Source: a virus (Duplodnaviria > Caudoviricetes). From it: DNA of 59,217 nt. The notes under the pieces were generated by a model. The model was not told the origin of the DNA. It ran no database searches and saw only the letters and a list, made by a program, of their open reading frames with translations. Both the position numbers and the translations under genes were made by a program. Position 1 is the stretch's first letter. Each line of letters begins with the position of its first letter. The DNA lies in the IMG/VR virus record IMGVR_UViG_3300044962_000015, positions 1 to 59,217 of that record; one strand, written 5' to 3'. This document shows positions 44,340-54,616 of this stretch, one piece after another.

Positions 44340-44692
44340 GCGAGCTGACGGTGATGGTCGAGCTGGGCGACCGCCAGGTCGAGATGCGCAGGCCGACGGA
44401 CGGCGCGCTGGTCGTGCTGGCCCGGGTGAGTCGCGGCCTGCCCAAGATCGAAAACAATCAGGAGATCCCGCAGGAGCTGCGAGACCGCCTGATCCGCAAC
44501 CTCGGCACCCTCGGCAAGATCGTTGAGGGAATGATCGTCAAGGACGACGACAAGGACTGGCTCGACGACGCGATGATCGAAGGCGCCGTCTCCGCCGTGG
44601 ACGTGTTCGGCTCGATCCGCACGGCGGGCGAGAAGTTCAACGGCCAGGCCACCCCGGCCAAGAAGGTGGCAGCGGTACGGCGGAGCCGGTGA
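44336..44692 (+). CDS. Tail assembly chaperone (putative)
   Basis: Position; RRPTDG-x-L-x2-L...DKDWL-x-D-x-M. Confidence 0.55.
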   Translation: MSELTVMVELGDRQVEMRRPTDGALVVLARVSRGLPKIENNQEIPQELRDRLIRNLGTLGKIVEGMIVKDDDKDWLDDAMIEGAVSAVDVFGSIRTAGEKFNGQATPAKKVAAVRRSR

Positions 44693-44961
44693 GCGCCGGG
44701 GTCGTCATCCACATCGCCGGTGTGCACGTGCAGGTCGGCGATCTCCTGCGGCAGCGCTGCGCCTGGTGCGGAGCCGTCCTGCTCGACTACGACCTGTCCA
44801 GGATCGCGGTACCGGTCGGCCAGGATCCGACGCCCGCGACCTGGCCGCACGGCGAGCTGATCGGGGTCGACGGCGGCCTGTCGTACACGGTGCCGCACGA
44901 CGACGGTGCGGACCTGCCCGACGGCGCCTGCGCCAAGCTCGACCCGGAGGTGACCGTGTGA
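44689..44961 (+). CDS. Hypothetical protein
   Basis: HIAG...RQRCAWCG-x2-L-x-D. Confidence 0.65.
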   Translation: MSAGVVIHIAGVHVQVGDLLRQRCAWCGAVLLDYDLSRIAVPVGQDPTPATWPHGELIGVDGGLSYTVPHDDGADLPDGACAKLDPEVTV

Positions 44962-45290
44962 GCGGCCTCAAACGCAAGCGGCTGATCTGGAGCATCATCT
45001 TCCTCGGGGTCACCGTGACGGCGATCGTCATGGAGTGCGTCGCGGGGCTGCTGCATCCGGCGGGGACGATCCCGTGGACGGAGTACCTGGCCCGGTACGT
45101 GCCCTGGCCGATCCAGCTCATCGCCTACGTGGCGCTCGCGACGTGGCTGCCGTTCCACTTCTGGCGCCATGACCACCTGCGCAAGGTCGCATACCGGGAT
45201 GGTCACGAGGACGGCTATGCAGCTGCATTGAGGGAGCATCTACCGCCCCCGACGCCTCAGCCGAAGCCTCGGCCAGTGTCCCGGTGGTGA
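44958..45290 (+). CDS. Membrane protein
   Basis: Two hydrophobic helices, WL-x2-HF. Confidence 0.6.
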   Translation: MSGLKRKRLIWSIIFLGVTVTAIVMECVAGLLHPAGTIPWTEYLARYVPWPIQLIAYVALATWLPFHFWRHDHLRKVAYRDGHEDGYAAALREHLPPPTPQPKPRPVSRW

Positions 45291-45293
45291 TCG

Positions 45294-45863
45294 GTGGCCG
45301 CTGATGCTCTCGCCGCGCTGCGGATCTGGGCCATTGAGGTCGACCTGGGCGGGGACACCTTCAGGGTGCCCCCGCGCCCGGCGGTCGACTGGTTCGTGGC
45401 CATCCTCGACGAGGACGTGCCACTGCCGCTGATCCCCGGGCTGATGGACGGCGACGCGGAGGAGCGCGTGGCGGACCTGCTGCTGGACGGCACGGTGACC
45501 GCCGAGCTGATCGCCATGCGGTCCCGGGAGCTGCTGACGGCGGCGGCCGGGCGGCCGTGGTGGGAGGCGGACCGGCTGATCCGCTCGTCGGGGGAGAGCT
45601 GGCACATCATCGGCGGGGAACTGACCCGGCTCGGGGTGGATCTGAACAGGGTGAGTCTCGCGGCGGCACTGAACGCCATCTACGTGATCTGCGTGCGCAC
45701 CATGGACGAGAAGGAACGCAACAAGTTCGACATCGACCTGAGGCTTCCCCCGATCGGTGTGGAGGGTGTGAAGCCGGAGGAGATGTACGACGCTCGCGCC
45801 GCCGAGTCGGCGTTTGCGGCCCTGATGGGCCAGGCCCAGCCTCCCGCACCCGTAGGATCCTGA
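45294..45863 (+). CDS. Tail assembly chaperone 2 (putative)
   Basis: Directly upstream of tape measure; AAGRPWW-x-A-x-RL. Confidence 0.6.
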   Translation: MAADALAALRIWAIEVDLGGDTFRVPPRPAVDWFVAILDEDVPLPLIPGLMDGDAEERVADLLLDGTVTAELIAMRSRELLTAAAGRPWWEADRLIRSSGESWHIIGGELTRLGVDLNRVSLAAALNAIYVICVRTMDEKERNKFDIDLRLPPIGVEGVKPEEMYDARAAESAFAALMGQAQPPAPVGS

Positions 45864-45866
45864 TCC

Positions 45867-48269
45867 ATGGCTGGAGTTCTGGGGCGGGCGTTCGTTCAGG
45901 TGTTCGCCGACCTGTCGAAGTTCACGCCGGGTCTGCGGCAGGAGATCAAGAAGGCGCTCGACGAGCAGACCAAGGGGATGCGGTTCGAGGAGCTGGACAA
46001 GTCGGCGACCAAGGCGGGCGAGTCGGCCGCCGACGAGCTGGGCAAAGGCGTCGACCACAAGATCGAAAACAACATGAAGAAGGAGGGTAAGAAGGGCGGG
46101 AACTCCCTCTGGAAGGGTCTCTCCGCCGGGTTCGCCGTCGCCACTACCGCCTTCATGCCCGCCCTGATCGCGATGGCGGTTCAGCTGGTCGCCGCCCTCG
46201 CCCCGGCCGCCACCGCCCTCGCCGCGACCCTGCCCGCCGCCATGCTCACCGCCGTCGCGGCGGCGGCCACCCTCAAGATGGCCTTCTCCGGGGTCGGCGA
46301 TGCGCTCAAGTACGCCTTCGACCCGGCGAAGGCCAAACAGTTCGACGCGGCGATGAAGAAGCTCTCGCCCGGTGCGCGGCAGTTCGTGAAGGAGATCCAG
46401 GCCCTGCACCCGGCCTTCCACCAGTTGCAGCAGGACGTGCAGAACGTCTTCTTCAACCAGCTGGAAGGCACGCTGACGCACGTCTCGCACCAGCTGCTGC
46501 CGACCCTGCACAAGGGTTTCATCGCGCTCTCGGTGGACCTGGGCAAGGTTGCCGACAACTTCCTGCGCGCGTTCGGCAATCGCAAGGCCGACATCGCGTC
46601 GATCTTCGTGTCCGCGCACAAGGCGATCCAGCCGTTCATCCCGGCACTGGGTGCGGTCGCGGGCGCGTTCGTCACCCTGGCCGCCGCCGGTGGCCCGCTG
46701 TTCGCCACCCTCTCCGGTGGTCTCGCGCACATGCTGACGATGTTCTCGGCGTTCATCGCGCAGGCGGCCAGCTCGGGTGCGCTGACCAAGTTCTTCAACG
46801 ACGCCCTGGTGATCATCCGGCAGGTCGGCGGCCTTATCGGCAACGTTTTTGATCTTGTCACGTCGATCATCTCGGCCCTCCAGGCGGACGGCGCCCAAGC
46901 CCTCGGGTTCCTGTCCAGCCTCATCGGCCAGCTGGCGGCCTTCTTCGCCACCGCGCAGGGCAAGGAGGTGCTGGCGAACCTCTTCCTGCTGCTGAACACC
47001 GCGCTGAGCACCATGGCGCAGGTGCTCACGCCGCTGCTCCCGATGGTCGTGACGCTGGCGGGCACGTTCGCCGGTGAACTGGCGGGCGCACTCAAGACGA
47101 TCACGCCGTTCCTGGTGAGCATCGCCGACCTGCTCGCCAAGCACCCCGACCTGCTGGGCGCTGCGGTCATCGCCTGGGGTGCGTACCGGGTGGCCCTCGT
47201 CGCCGTCGCCGCGTGGGAAGCGATCGTGGACGCGCTCAACCCGGTCGGCTGGATCATCCTCGCCGCTGTCGCCATCGCCGCCGGGGCGTACCTGATCTAC
47301 AAGAACTGGGGTGCGGTCACCAGCGCGCTGAAGTCCGCCGGGGGCGCCATCGCGGGCTTCTTCCAGGCCATCTGGCAGTGGATCGTCTCGGTCGGCACGA
47401 ACATCGGCAACTGGTTCACGGTCACCCTGCCCGGCTTCTTCTCCAGCATCCCCGGCCGGATCTGGGCGGCCCTGAGCGCGCTCCCCGGGCTGCTCGCGAA
47501 CGTCTTCCTGGGCGCCCTGCACGCCGCCGGAATGGCGATCGGCATCGGGGTCGGTCTGATCATCGCCTACTTCCTCACCATGCCGGGCCTGGTCTGGGGT
47601 GCGGTCAAGGGCATCGGGCACCTGTTCGTCGACCTGTGGAACCTGGCCTTCACGCTCGGCAAGACGCTGCTGCTCTCCGACGTCGCCGCCGTGGTCTTCA
47701 TCTTCACCCAGCTGCCCGGCAAGATCGCCTCGTTCATGAACCGGCTGCCCGGCATCATCGGCGGCGCGTTCCGCAGCGCATGGAACTGGGCGAGGAGCGA
47801 AGTCGAGTCAGGCGCTAACGCCGTGGTCGGCTTCGTCATGCGGCTGCCCGGCCGGATCTCCGGCTTCATGCGCAACGTGGGGCACGACATCCTGGCCGGG
47901 CTCAAGTCCGGCATCAACTCCGTGATCAGCGGCTTCAACTCCGGCATCGACCGGGTCGGCAGCCTCATCCACATCGGCCTGCCGCACATCCCGATGCTGG
48001 CGTCCGGCGGCCTGGTCAACGCGCCCACCCTCGCCGTCGTCGGCGAGGCCGGGCCGGAGGCCGTCGTGCCGATGGGTGACCCGGCCAAGGCGGCGGCCGT
48101 CGCCAAGAGCACCGGCCTGCTGGACATGCTCGGCAGCAAGCTGGGCAGCGCGGGCACCACGCTGGTCAAGGTCTACCTCGGCACCAGGGAGATCACCGAT
48201 ATCCTCGACGTGCGCATCGACAAGAAGATGAACGACCAGGCCAACGAACTCGCGTACGGGACGAGGTGA
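45867..48269 (+). CDS. Tape measure protein
   Basis: 800 aa, Ala/Gly-rich helical, LG-x-A-x-V-x-V-x-AD start, NPVGW, LASGG-x-V-x2-PT-x4-GEAGPEAVVP. Confidence 0.9.
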   Translation: MAGVLGRAFVQVFADLSKFTPGLRQEIKKALDEQTKGMRFEELDKSATKAGESAADELGKGVDHKIENNMKKEGKKGGNSLWKGLSAGFAVATTAFMPALIAMAVQLVAALAPAATALAATLPAAMLTAVAAAATLKMAFSGVGDALKYAFDPAKAKQFDAAMKKLSPGARQFVKEIQALHPAFHQLQQDVQNVFFNQLEGTLTHVSHQLLPTLHKGFIALSVDLGKVADNFLRAFGNRKADIASIFVSAHKAIQPFIPALGAVAGAFVTLAAAGGPLFATLSGGLAHMLTMFSAFIAQAASSGALTKFFNDALVIIRQVGGLIGNVFDLVTSIISALQADGAQALGFLSSLIGQLAAFFATAQGKEVLANLFLLLNTALSTMAQVLTPLLPMVVTLAGTFAGELAGALKTITPFLVSIADLLAKHPDLLGAAVIAWGAYRVALVAVAAWEAIVDALNPVGWIILAAVAIAAGAYLIYKNWGAVTSALKSAGGAIAGFFQAIWQWIVSVGTNIGNWFTVTLPGFFSSIPGRIWAALSALPGLLANVFLGALHAAGMAIGIGVGLIIAYFLTMPGLVWGAVKGIGHLFVDLWNLAFTLGKTLLLSDVAAVVFIFTQLPGKIASFMNRLPGIIGGAFRSAWNWARSEVESGANAVVGFVMRLPGRISGFMRNVGHDILAGLKSGINSVISGFNSGIDRVGSLIHIGLPHIPMLASGGLVNAPTLAVVGEAGPEAVVPMGDPAKAAAVAKSTGLLDMLGSKLGSAGTTLVKVYLGTREITDILDVRIDKKMNDQANELAYGTR

Positions 48270-48273
48270 GCGG

Positions 48274-49566
48274 GTGTCCACGATCGTCGCGACCGCCGAC
48301 GTAGCCAAGGCGCAAGTCCGGCTCGACCTGGATTTCAGCGACATCGACGCCCCGTACGCCCTCGTGAACCGCGTCGACCCGGTCACCGGGGCGACCACGC
48401 CAGTGCGCGGGCACGGCTCCTCGACGACCATCGCAGGGGTGGCGTACGCGCCCATGCAGGCCGGGTACAAGGCGGTCCTGTACGACACCGAGGCGCCCAT
48501 GGACATGGCGGTCTACTACACCGCCACCGCGCCCGTGGTGACCCTGAACGCCAACCCGACGTTCGTCGACGGCTTCACCGACCCGTGGTATCCGACCGAC
48601 CCGGCCGTCATCATTCAGCCCACCTCCACCCGGTCCGGCGCCGACTTCCTGACCTTCTTCACCGGCGGGGCCACCGCCACCCCTACGATCCGGGCGGAGG
48701 ACATCCCGGCCACCCCGGGCGCCTCGTTCACCGTGACAGCCGTCCTGTCCGCCAACGTCTCGCAGGCCGTCACCGTGGGGATGACCTTCCGGGACGCCGC
48801 CGGGGCAATCCTGACGAGTCCGAGCACCGCCGCCACTGTGCTCGCCGCGACCACCGTGACGGCCACCGCAGTGGCCCCCGCCAACACGGTGTCCGTGCAG
48901 ATGTTCGTCACGATGACGGGCACCCCCGCCGCGACGGTCATGGTCAGCATCAGCACGATCACCATGGTCAGTGCCGCCGGGTCGGCGACCTCGGGCGCGG
49001 CGCTGCTGCCGTCGCTGGGTGCCTGCCGGTTCAAGGACCCGCTGCGGCCCGGAAACAACGTGCGAGTCGACTTCGCGTTCGACCCGAACCCGCTGTGCAT
49101 CCCCGCCGAAGGCGTCTTCTGGCAGAGCCTGGACGTCGAGTCGCAGGCGGCCAACGCGGCGACCTTCAACGTCAACAACCAGCCGAACCCGGTCGTCGTG
49201 TCGAAGCAGCGCAGCTCCGTCACGTCCACCCTGACGCTGGTGTCCCGGACCTTCCCGGACCGGGACCGGCTGGTCGCCCTGCTGGCGCCCGGCTCGCCGC
49301 TGCTGTTCCAGGCCCCCGACGAATACGGCCTGCCCGACCGGTACCTCTCGGTCGGCGCCGACACGATCTCCCGGGTGCTGCCCGACCACCGGATCCCCCT
49401 GCGCGTCTTCTCGATGCCTCACGCCGTCGTCAGTGCCCCCGGCGGCCCCATGCAGGGCACCGTGGCCGCACGCTGGTCGGACACCTGCAACCGGTTCGCG
49501 AGCTGGGCGGGCGTCACCGGCGCCGGACTGACGTGGACGCAGGTCCTGGACGGGTTGGCGGGCTGA
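48274..49566 (+). CDS. Minor tail protein (Dit-like, with inserted beta-sandwich domain)
   Basis: Follows tape measure; YDTEAP, KDPLRP. Confidence 0.7.
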   Translation: MSTIVATADVAKAQVRLDLDFSDIDAPYALVNRVDPVTGATTPVRGHGSSTTIAGVAYAPMQAGYKAVLYDTEAPMDMAVYYTATAPVVTLNANPTFVDGFTDPWYPTDPAVIIQPTSTRSGADFLTFFTGGATATPTIRAEDIPATPGASFTVTAVLSANVSQAVTVGMTFRDAAGAILTSPSTAATVLAATTVTATAVAPANTVSVQMFVTMTGTPAATVMVSISTITMVSAAGSATSGAALLPSLGACRFKDPLRPGNNVRVDFAFDPNPLCIPAEGVFWQSLDVESQAANAATFNVNNQPNPVVVSKQRSSVTSTLTLVSRTFPDRDRLVALLAPGSPLLFQAPDEYGLPDRYLSVGADTISRVLPDHRIPLRVFSMPHAVVSAPGGPMQGTVAARWSDTCNRFASWAGVTGAGLTWTQVLDGLAG

Positions 49567-50708
49567 TGGTCTGGGCTGGAGGTCTCGACGCGCAGTACCG
49601 GGACGCGCTGACGCGCCCGCACACCGCCTACCTGCGGGTGGACGTGCTGGACCGACAGGGCAACGTGCTGCAAGCGGACCTGCCGGTCATCGACGGCAGC
49701 GTGCGCGCCACCCTCAACAGCCGCGTGGCGCGCGTTCTGACGCTGTCGGTGGACCGGTCCTGGTTCCCGCTCAAGAGCAACGGCAGCGTCGACACGGGCG
49801 GGCTGCTGACCCCGTTCGGGAACCGGCTGCGCGTCTCCCGGGGCATCATGTACGGGGACGGCTCGATGATCTCCTTCCCGGTGTTCTACGGGCGTATCGA
49901 GCAGGTCCAGATGGCCCGCAGCGGGCAGATCGCCCTGACCGGCAGCGACCTCGCCGCCGATGTAGTCGACGCGCTGTTCGAGACGCCGCAGTCCTCGATC
50001 CCCGCCAACACGATCAGCACCGAGTTCCGGCGCCTCGTGCAGGATGCGTTGGGCGACGCCGTGTTCGGCACCTCTGACCTGACCGGTGTGAAGATTCCTC
50101 CACTGGCGTGGCAGTCCGACCGGGCGCAGGCCCTGGACGACATGAGCGCCACCGTCGCGATGCTGTGGTACCCGCTCGCGGACGGGTCGTTCGTGCAGCG
50201 GTTCGTGCCGTGGACGAAGCCGGGCCAGGTCGCGCAGGTCACGTTCTCGGACGGCACCGGCGCGGCGCCCGGGACGAACAACGCCATCGCGGACTGGACG
50301 ATCACCGTGTCCCGGACCGGCGTCTACAACTCGGTGGTCTTCGCCTCGGAACGCCAGGACGGCACGGCGCCGGTGTTCGCCACGGTGCGCGACGTGGCGG
50401 CCGGGAGTCCCACCAACTACCTGGGCAACTTCGGCCGCAAGCCGCTGCTGATCCAGAACCAGTCGGCGCTGACCCAGTCGCAGTGCCTGGCCGCCGCCCA
50501 GAGCACGCTGAAGGCCGCGACCGCCATCACCCAGGTCTGGGACCCGGTGTCGGTCGTCCCCGACGCGTCGCTTCAGCTGGGCGACCTGATCACCATGAAC
50601 GCCGAGGGCGCCTCCAGCACGCAGGTGATCGTCGGGTTCACCCTGCCGCTGCGCGAGACCGGAGACATGCCTTTGAGCCTGCGCGCGTACGCCCCGGTGA
50701 CCTCGTGA
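49566..50708 (+). CDS. Minor tail (hub/Tal-like) protein
   Basis: GSV-x7-R-x-L-x-L, L-x-PFGNRL-x-V-x-RG, YN-x-V, FGRKP, L-x-LGD. Confidence 0.75.
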   Translation: MVWAGGLDAQYRDALTRPHTAYLRVDVLDRQGNVLQADLPVIDGSVRATLNSRVARVLTLSVDRSWFPLKSNGSVDTGGLLTPFGNRLRVSRGIMYGDGSMISFPVFYGRIEQVQMARSGQIALTGSDLAADVVDALFETPQSSIPANTISTEFRRLVQDALGDAVFGTSDLTGVKIPPLAWQSDRAQALDDMSATVAMLWYPLADGSFVQRFVPWTKPGQVAQVTFSDGTGAAPGTNNAIADWTITVSRTGVYNSVVFASERQDGTAPVFATVRDVAAGSPTNYLGNFGRKPLLIQNQSALTQSQCLAAAQSTLKAATAITQVWDPVSVVPDASLQLGDLITMNAEGASSTQVIVGFTLPLRETGDMPLSLRAYAPVTS

Positions 50709-51280
50709 CGACCAAGCTGGCCCACCAGACGCAGAAGACGGCCGGGATCCCCAACGGGATGCGTACCGCCGTCATCACGGCCGTGTCCGCCAGCGCAATC
50801 ACCATCTCCGTGTCCGGCGGCCAGTTCTCGGCCGGGGTCGGGGTGGTCACCTCGTACGTGCCGATCGTGGGCGACACGGTCGCCGTGTTCCGGCAGGACT
50901 CCTCCTGGCTGATCCTCGGCGCCCTCTCGGCGCTGAACCGCTGGCAGCCGATGAGCAGCCTCGGCTACCTCAGCTCGTACACCGACCGGGGCGGCACCAT
51001 CGCCCCGATCGGGCAGTACCGGATCGTCGGCGACAGCGTGCAGCTGACCGGGGAGCTGTCCAACGCCGCCCTCACGGCGCCGCAGCCGATCCTGCCTGCC
51101 GGTAGCCTCCCCGCGCCGTCCGCAGAGGCGATCCTGCCCGGCTCGATCAACGCCACGAATGTGCGCCTTGTCGTCAGCCAGGCGGGGGCTTTCACGCTCT
51201 TCGACCCTCCGACCCTGGTCTCCGGCCCTTCCATCGTGCAGTTCTGCTGCATGTATCCGCTCGATCCACTGCTCGCTTAG
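50705..51280 (+). CDS. Minor tail protein
   Basis: SYVPIVGDTVAV...WLILG. Confidence 0.7.
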   Translation: MTTKLAHQTQKTAGIPNGMRTAVITAVSASAITISVSGGQFSAGVGVVTSYVPIVGDTVAVFRQDSSWLILGALSALNRWQPMSSLGYLSSYTDRGGTIAPIGQYRIVGDSVQLTGELSNAALTAPQPILPAGSLPAPSAEAILPGSINATNVRLVVSQAGAFTLFDPPTLVSGPSIVQFCCMYPLDPLLA

Positions 51281-51290
51281 GAGAATCGAA

Positions 51291-51545
51291 ATGGCAGCCG
51301 AATACGCGCTCCAGGCAAAGGCGTACTACCTGTACGACGGCACGAACAGTGCCGAAATCCTCACCGCAGCGCAGGTCCAGTACCCGTCGGCGTCGATCGT
51401 GAGTGAGGCGGATGGAGTCCTCACCCTCCTGCTCGATTCGTTCTTCGGCAACACCGTCCTTGCGACCGGAGACCACCTCGGCATCAACTCCGCTGAGGTC
51501 GTCTCGGCCGCCGCCTGGGCTGAGCAGTTCATCGTCAAGGCGTAG
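51291..51545 (+). CDS. Hypothetical tail-region protein
   Basis: AGGAG RBS; YDGTN motif. Confidence 0.6.
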   Translation: MAAEYALQAKAYYLYDGTNSAEILTAAQVQYPSASIVSEADGVLTLLLDSFFGNTVLATGDHLGINSAEVVSAAAWAEQFIVKA

Positions 51546-51581
51546 GTACCTGCCCGATCCGGACTGAGTTAGGAGGCGGTA

Positions 51582-52814
51582 ATGGTCACCACCGGCTATA
51601 GCGACACGTTCAACCGGACCGTCTCCAACGGCTTCGGCACCGCCACCTCGGGGCAGGTGTACACGCTGGCCGGGGGCACGGCGCCGCAGTACAACGTGGC
51701 GCCGAACACGGCCAGCATCGCGATCGCCGCCGCCGGAGACAACCTCGGCTGGGTCGACCTTCGGACGCAGGACGTCGACATCACCGCGCAGGTCGCGATC
51801 TCCGCGATCCCGGCCACCAACCTGGCCACCGCCGGTTTCGTCGTGAAGCTGGCCGACACTTCCAACTACTACCTCGCCAGCATGATGGTCGCCACCGGCG
51901 GTGCGGTCTCGCTGCGCTTCTCCAAGCGCATCGCCGGCGCGCTCACCACCGTCTCGACGACCCCGGTGACCGGGCTGACGTACGTCGCGAACACCTTCTA
52001 CAACCTGCGGTGTCAGATCTTCTGGAGCCGCCCGTTGCAGACGAACGTCATGTTGTTGAAGCTGTGGGCGGTCGGCGCGGTGGAGCCGGGCGGCTGGATG
52101 GCGACCGTCTTTGACGCGGGGCTCACCGACTACACCTCGGGCACCTCGGTCGGGATCGCAGGCCGCGACGAATCCACGGTGCTGGGGACGATCACCACCA
52201 AGTACCGCAGCGTGGCGGTCCGCTCGTACAGCCTGCCGATGCCCGCCTCGGCGGACCCGATGTGCGCCGACCCGGCCGTGACGTTCCCGAAGCAGACCGC
52301 CCTCCAGTCGCTGGCGGCCGGGGCGGACGCCGCTATGGCGACGATCGACCCGCTGACCTCGCTCGCCGGGTTGTTCCCGCGCGTGCGCGTCAGTAACAGC
52401 AACGTGACCATCAATACGGCCACGTTCGGCCACCTCGTATTTAACGCGACCGAGTTCAACATCGGCACGAATACCAACCTCGGGTACGACACCAGGTCGC
52501 TTTACCTGCCGGTCGGGATTTGGCTGCTCGCCTTCGAGATCCAGCTTGTGGAGGCGGCGAGTAACTACTTCTCGGTGTTCTTCTTCGGCGGGCCGACCGT
52601 CGGGCAGATCGCATTCAACATGCGGTCCAATCCGTCGCAGTCTAACGATCAGGGCGTCGGCGGAACCGGGCACGGAACCGCACTGACCTATTCCACCGAC
52701 CCGACGACGCCGATTCAGTTCGCTTTTACGTTCTCCCCGAACAACCTGGCGACGACGTACGTCATCAAATACATGGCCATGTCCGCCATCAAGGTCTCGG
52801 ACTATTTCGCATGA
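51582..52814 (+). CDS. Minor tail / receptor-binding protein
   Basis: DTFNRTVSNG-x-G-x-A-x-SG, K-x-W-x5-EP-x2-W; Thr/Gly-rich. Confidence 0.7.
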   Translation: MVTTGYSDTFNRTVSNGFGTATSGQVYTLAGGTAPQYNVAPNTASIAIAAAGDNLGWVDLRTQDVDITAQVAISAIPATNLATAGFVVKLADTSNYYLASMMVATGGAVSLRFSKRIAGALTTVSTTPVTGLTYVANTFYNLRCQIFWSRPLQTNVMLLKLWAVGAVEPGGWMATVFDAGLTDYTSGTSVGIAGRDESTVLGTITTKYRSVAVRSYSLPMPASADPMCADPAVTFPKQTALQSLAAGADAAMATIDPLTSLAGLFPRVRVSNSNVTINTATFGHLVFNATEFNIGTNTNLGYDTRSLYLPVGIWLLAFEIQLVEAASNYFSVFFFGGPTVGQIAFNMRSNPSQSNDQGVGGTGHGTALTYSTDPTTPIQFAFTFSPNNLATTYVIKYMAMSAIKVSDYFA

Positions 52815-53407
52815 GCGCAAACACCCCGGTCGAGGGTTACCCCTATCCGCTCACGCCCGACTTCGCGGACGTGCAGGACGCCTTCCGCCTCGCCACGTCG
52901 ATCGACGTGGATATCCGCGCCGAGCAGGCACCGTTCCGGGCGTTCATGGGCCGCCCGTCGTTCATCGGACGGCAGACGGTCACCGGGAGCGGCTTCCTCG
53001 CGGGTTCGCAGAACCTGTCGGTGGGCGCCATTGAATGGGACAACACGGGGGGCCTCGTCGTCGGCTCCTCGGTGTGGAGTCAGCCTCTCGCGCAGCAGCC
53101 CTCGTGGTGGCTGTTCGGGGCGACGATCCTGGTCAACATCGTCTCGGGTGTGCCGGTCGTCGGGGATATGAACATGGGGCAGATCGCCGTCAATACGACC
53201 GACCCGGTGACGACCGTCGTCTCCTCGTCGAACTTCTACCAGCGCAACGACGACACGAACACCAATGGTGAGTGGATCAACTTCTTCGCCATGGCGCCCA
53301 TCTATCAGGGCTCGGCCAGTTGCACGCTCATCCTCAACGGAAGCACTCAGAAGGCGGTCCAGCTCGGCTCGCGTTTCTGGGGGATGTATCTGGGGCCGGT
53401 GACCTGA
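52811..53407 (+). CDS. Minor tail protein
   Basis: T-x4-YPYP N-terminus typical of fibre proteins. Confidence 0.65.
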   Translation: MSANTPVEGYPYPLTPDFADVQDAFRLATSIDVDIRAEQAPFRAFMGRPSFIGRQTVTGSGFLAGSQNLSVGAIEWDNTGGLVVGSSVWSQPLAQQPSWWLFGATILVNIVSGVPVVGDMNMGQIAVNTTDPVTTVVSSSNFYQRNDDTNTNGEWINFFAMAPIYQGSASCTLILNGSTQKAVQLGSRFWGMYLGPVT

Positions 53408-53408
53408 C

Positions 53409-54035
53409 ATGACCATGCGTAAGACGCCTTACCTGCGGCTGCGCTATCCGTGGACGGATGACGTCGTCTCCGCCGCCGACGTGCAGTCGATGGCGCAGGA
53501 TGTCGATTCGGCGCTGGTGAAGACTGCGACGCTGGCCGCCAACTTCTCGAAGTTCGCCTCGGTGGCGGTGTCTCGCGCCGCCGTGCAGTCCCTGACGAAG
53601 TCCGCCCTGACCGCTATCACCTTCGACACGGTTGCGTTGAATAACGGGGCGAACAGCCCGCTGGCGAATGGGGCCTGGTGGAACGCGGGGAGTCCGACCC
53701 GGCTGACCGCGCCCTCCGCGTGCGTGGTGCTGGCCTGCGGCATGGGGGGCATCAACTTCGGCAGTGCGCTGGGCGCGAGCGGCGCCTTTCAGGTCACGGT
53801 CGCGTTGAACGGAGCGACCGGCGGCACCGGCGTACAGGGGGGGAAGTACGGTCCGGTAAGCACGGTGACCGGACAGCAGTGGTCGTCGATGATCTCGATG
53901 TGGAAGCTGGCGGCGGGCGACTTCCTGGAGCTGAAGATGTTCTGGACGGGCACCCCGGCCGGGCCGTTCAACACGGACAACGCGATCCCGCCGACGCTGA
54001 GCCTGATGATGGTTGCCCTGCCCACCGTCTCCTGA
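53409..54035 (+). CDS. Minor tail protein
   Basis: T-x4-LRYP N-terminus; PTRLTAP, LAAGDFLEL. Confidence 0.65.
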   Translation: MTMRKTPYLRLRYPWTDDVVSAADVQSMAQDVDSALVKTATLAANFSKFASVAVSRAAVQSLTKSALTAITFDTVALNNGANSPLANGAWWNAGSPTRLTAPSACVVLACGMGGINFGSALGASGAFQVTVALNGATGGTGVQGGKYGPVSTVTGQQWSSMISMWKLAAGDFLELKMFWTGTPAGPFNTDNAIPPTLSLMMVALPTVS

Positions 54036-54089
54036 TTCATCAGACCTTTATGAAAGGATGATCCATCAGGATAGGGAGAACGGGGCAAC

Positions 54090-54404
54090 ATGACCTTGGT
54101 GAACGCGCAGAATTTGCCCTGGTATCTGATCGGAGTCCTGGTTACGGCGCTACTCACGGTGTTCTATTCCCTGCTCAGGGGAAAGATCCTCTCCAGCCGA
54201 GTGGCCGATTTGCTGCGAGAAGGTGCCGAAAAGCGGGCCGAGATCGCCGAAGCCGGAGTGGCGGCGAATACTAAGAGCGTCGAATCGCTCGTGGACTCGG
54301 TGGGGAAACTGATGGTGCTCGCAGAGAACCAGGACAAAGTCCTCAATGCCCTGCACCAGCGAGTGGGCCGGGGGGACACTAGAGGCCGAGGTGGTACCTC
54401 GTGA
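54090..54404 (+). CDS. Membrane protein (lysis cassette)
   Basis: N-terminal TM helix + coiled coil. Confidence 0.65.
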   Translation: MTLVNAQNLPWYLIGVLVTALLTVFYSLLRGKILSSRVADLLREGAEKRAEIAEAGVAANTKSVESLVDSVGKLMVLAENQDKVLNALHQRVGRGDTRGRGGTS

Positions 54405-54616
54405 CGTGGTGGCGGTGGCGCAAGGAGCTGGAGCAGGCCCAAGAGGCGGTGCGCCAGGCCGAACGGCTGCGCGACCAAGCCGAGGAGCAGCAGCGGAAGG
54501 TAGAGAGGATCGCCCCACGCGTCGACGCCGTGGCGGCCTCCCTGCAAAAGTTGCGGACGGAGAATCATCTCGGCCCACTGATTGATGCGGTCTTGCGAGG
54601 CGGAGGCGGCGAGTGA
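54401..54616 (+). CDS. Small coiled-coil protein (lysis cassette)
   Basis: GTGA coupling; ENH-x4-I. Confidence 0.65.
   Translation: MTWWRWRKELEQAQEAVRQAERLRDQAEEQQRKVERIAPRVDAVAASLQKLRTENHLGPLIDAVLRGGGGE

Noticed and set aside
44336-45863. Programmed frameshift joining the tail chaperones
   Set aside because: No slippery heptamer seen and two unrelated ORFs lie between them
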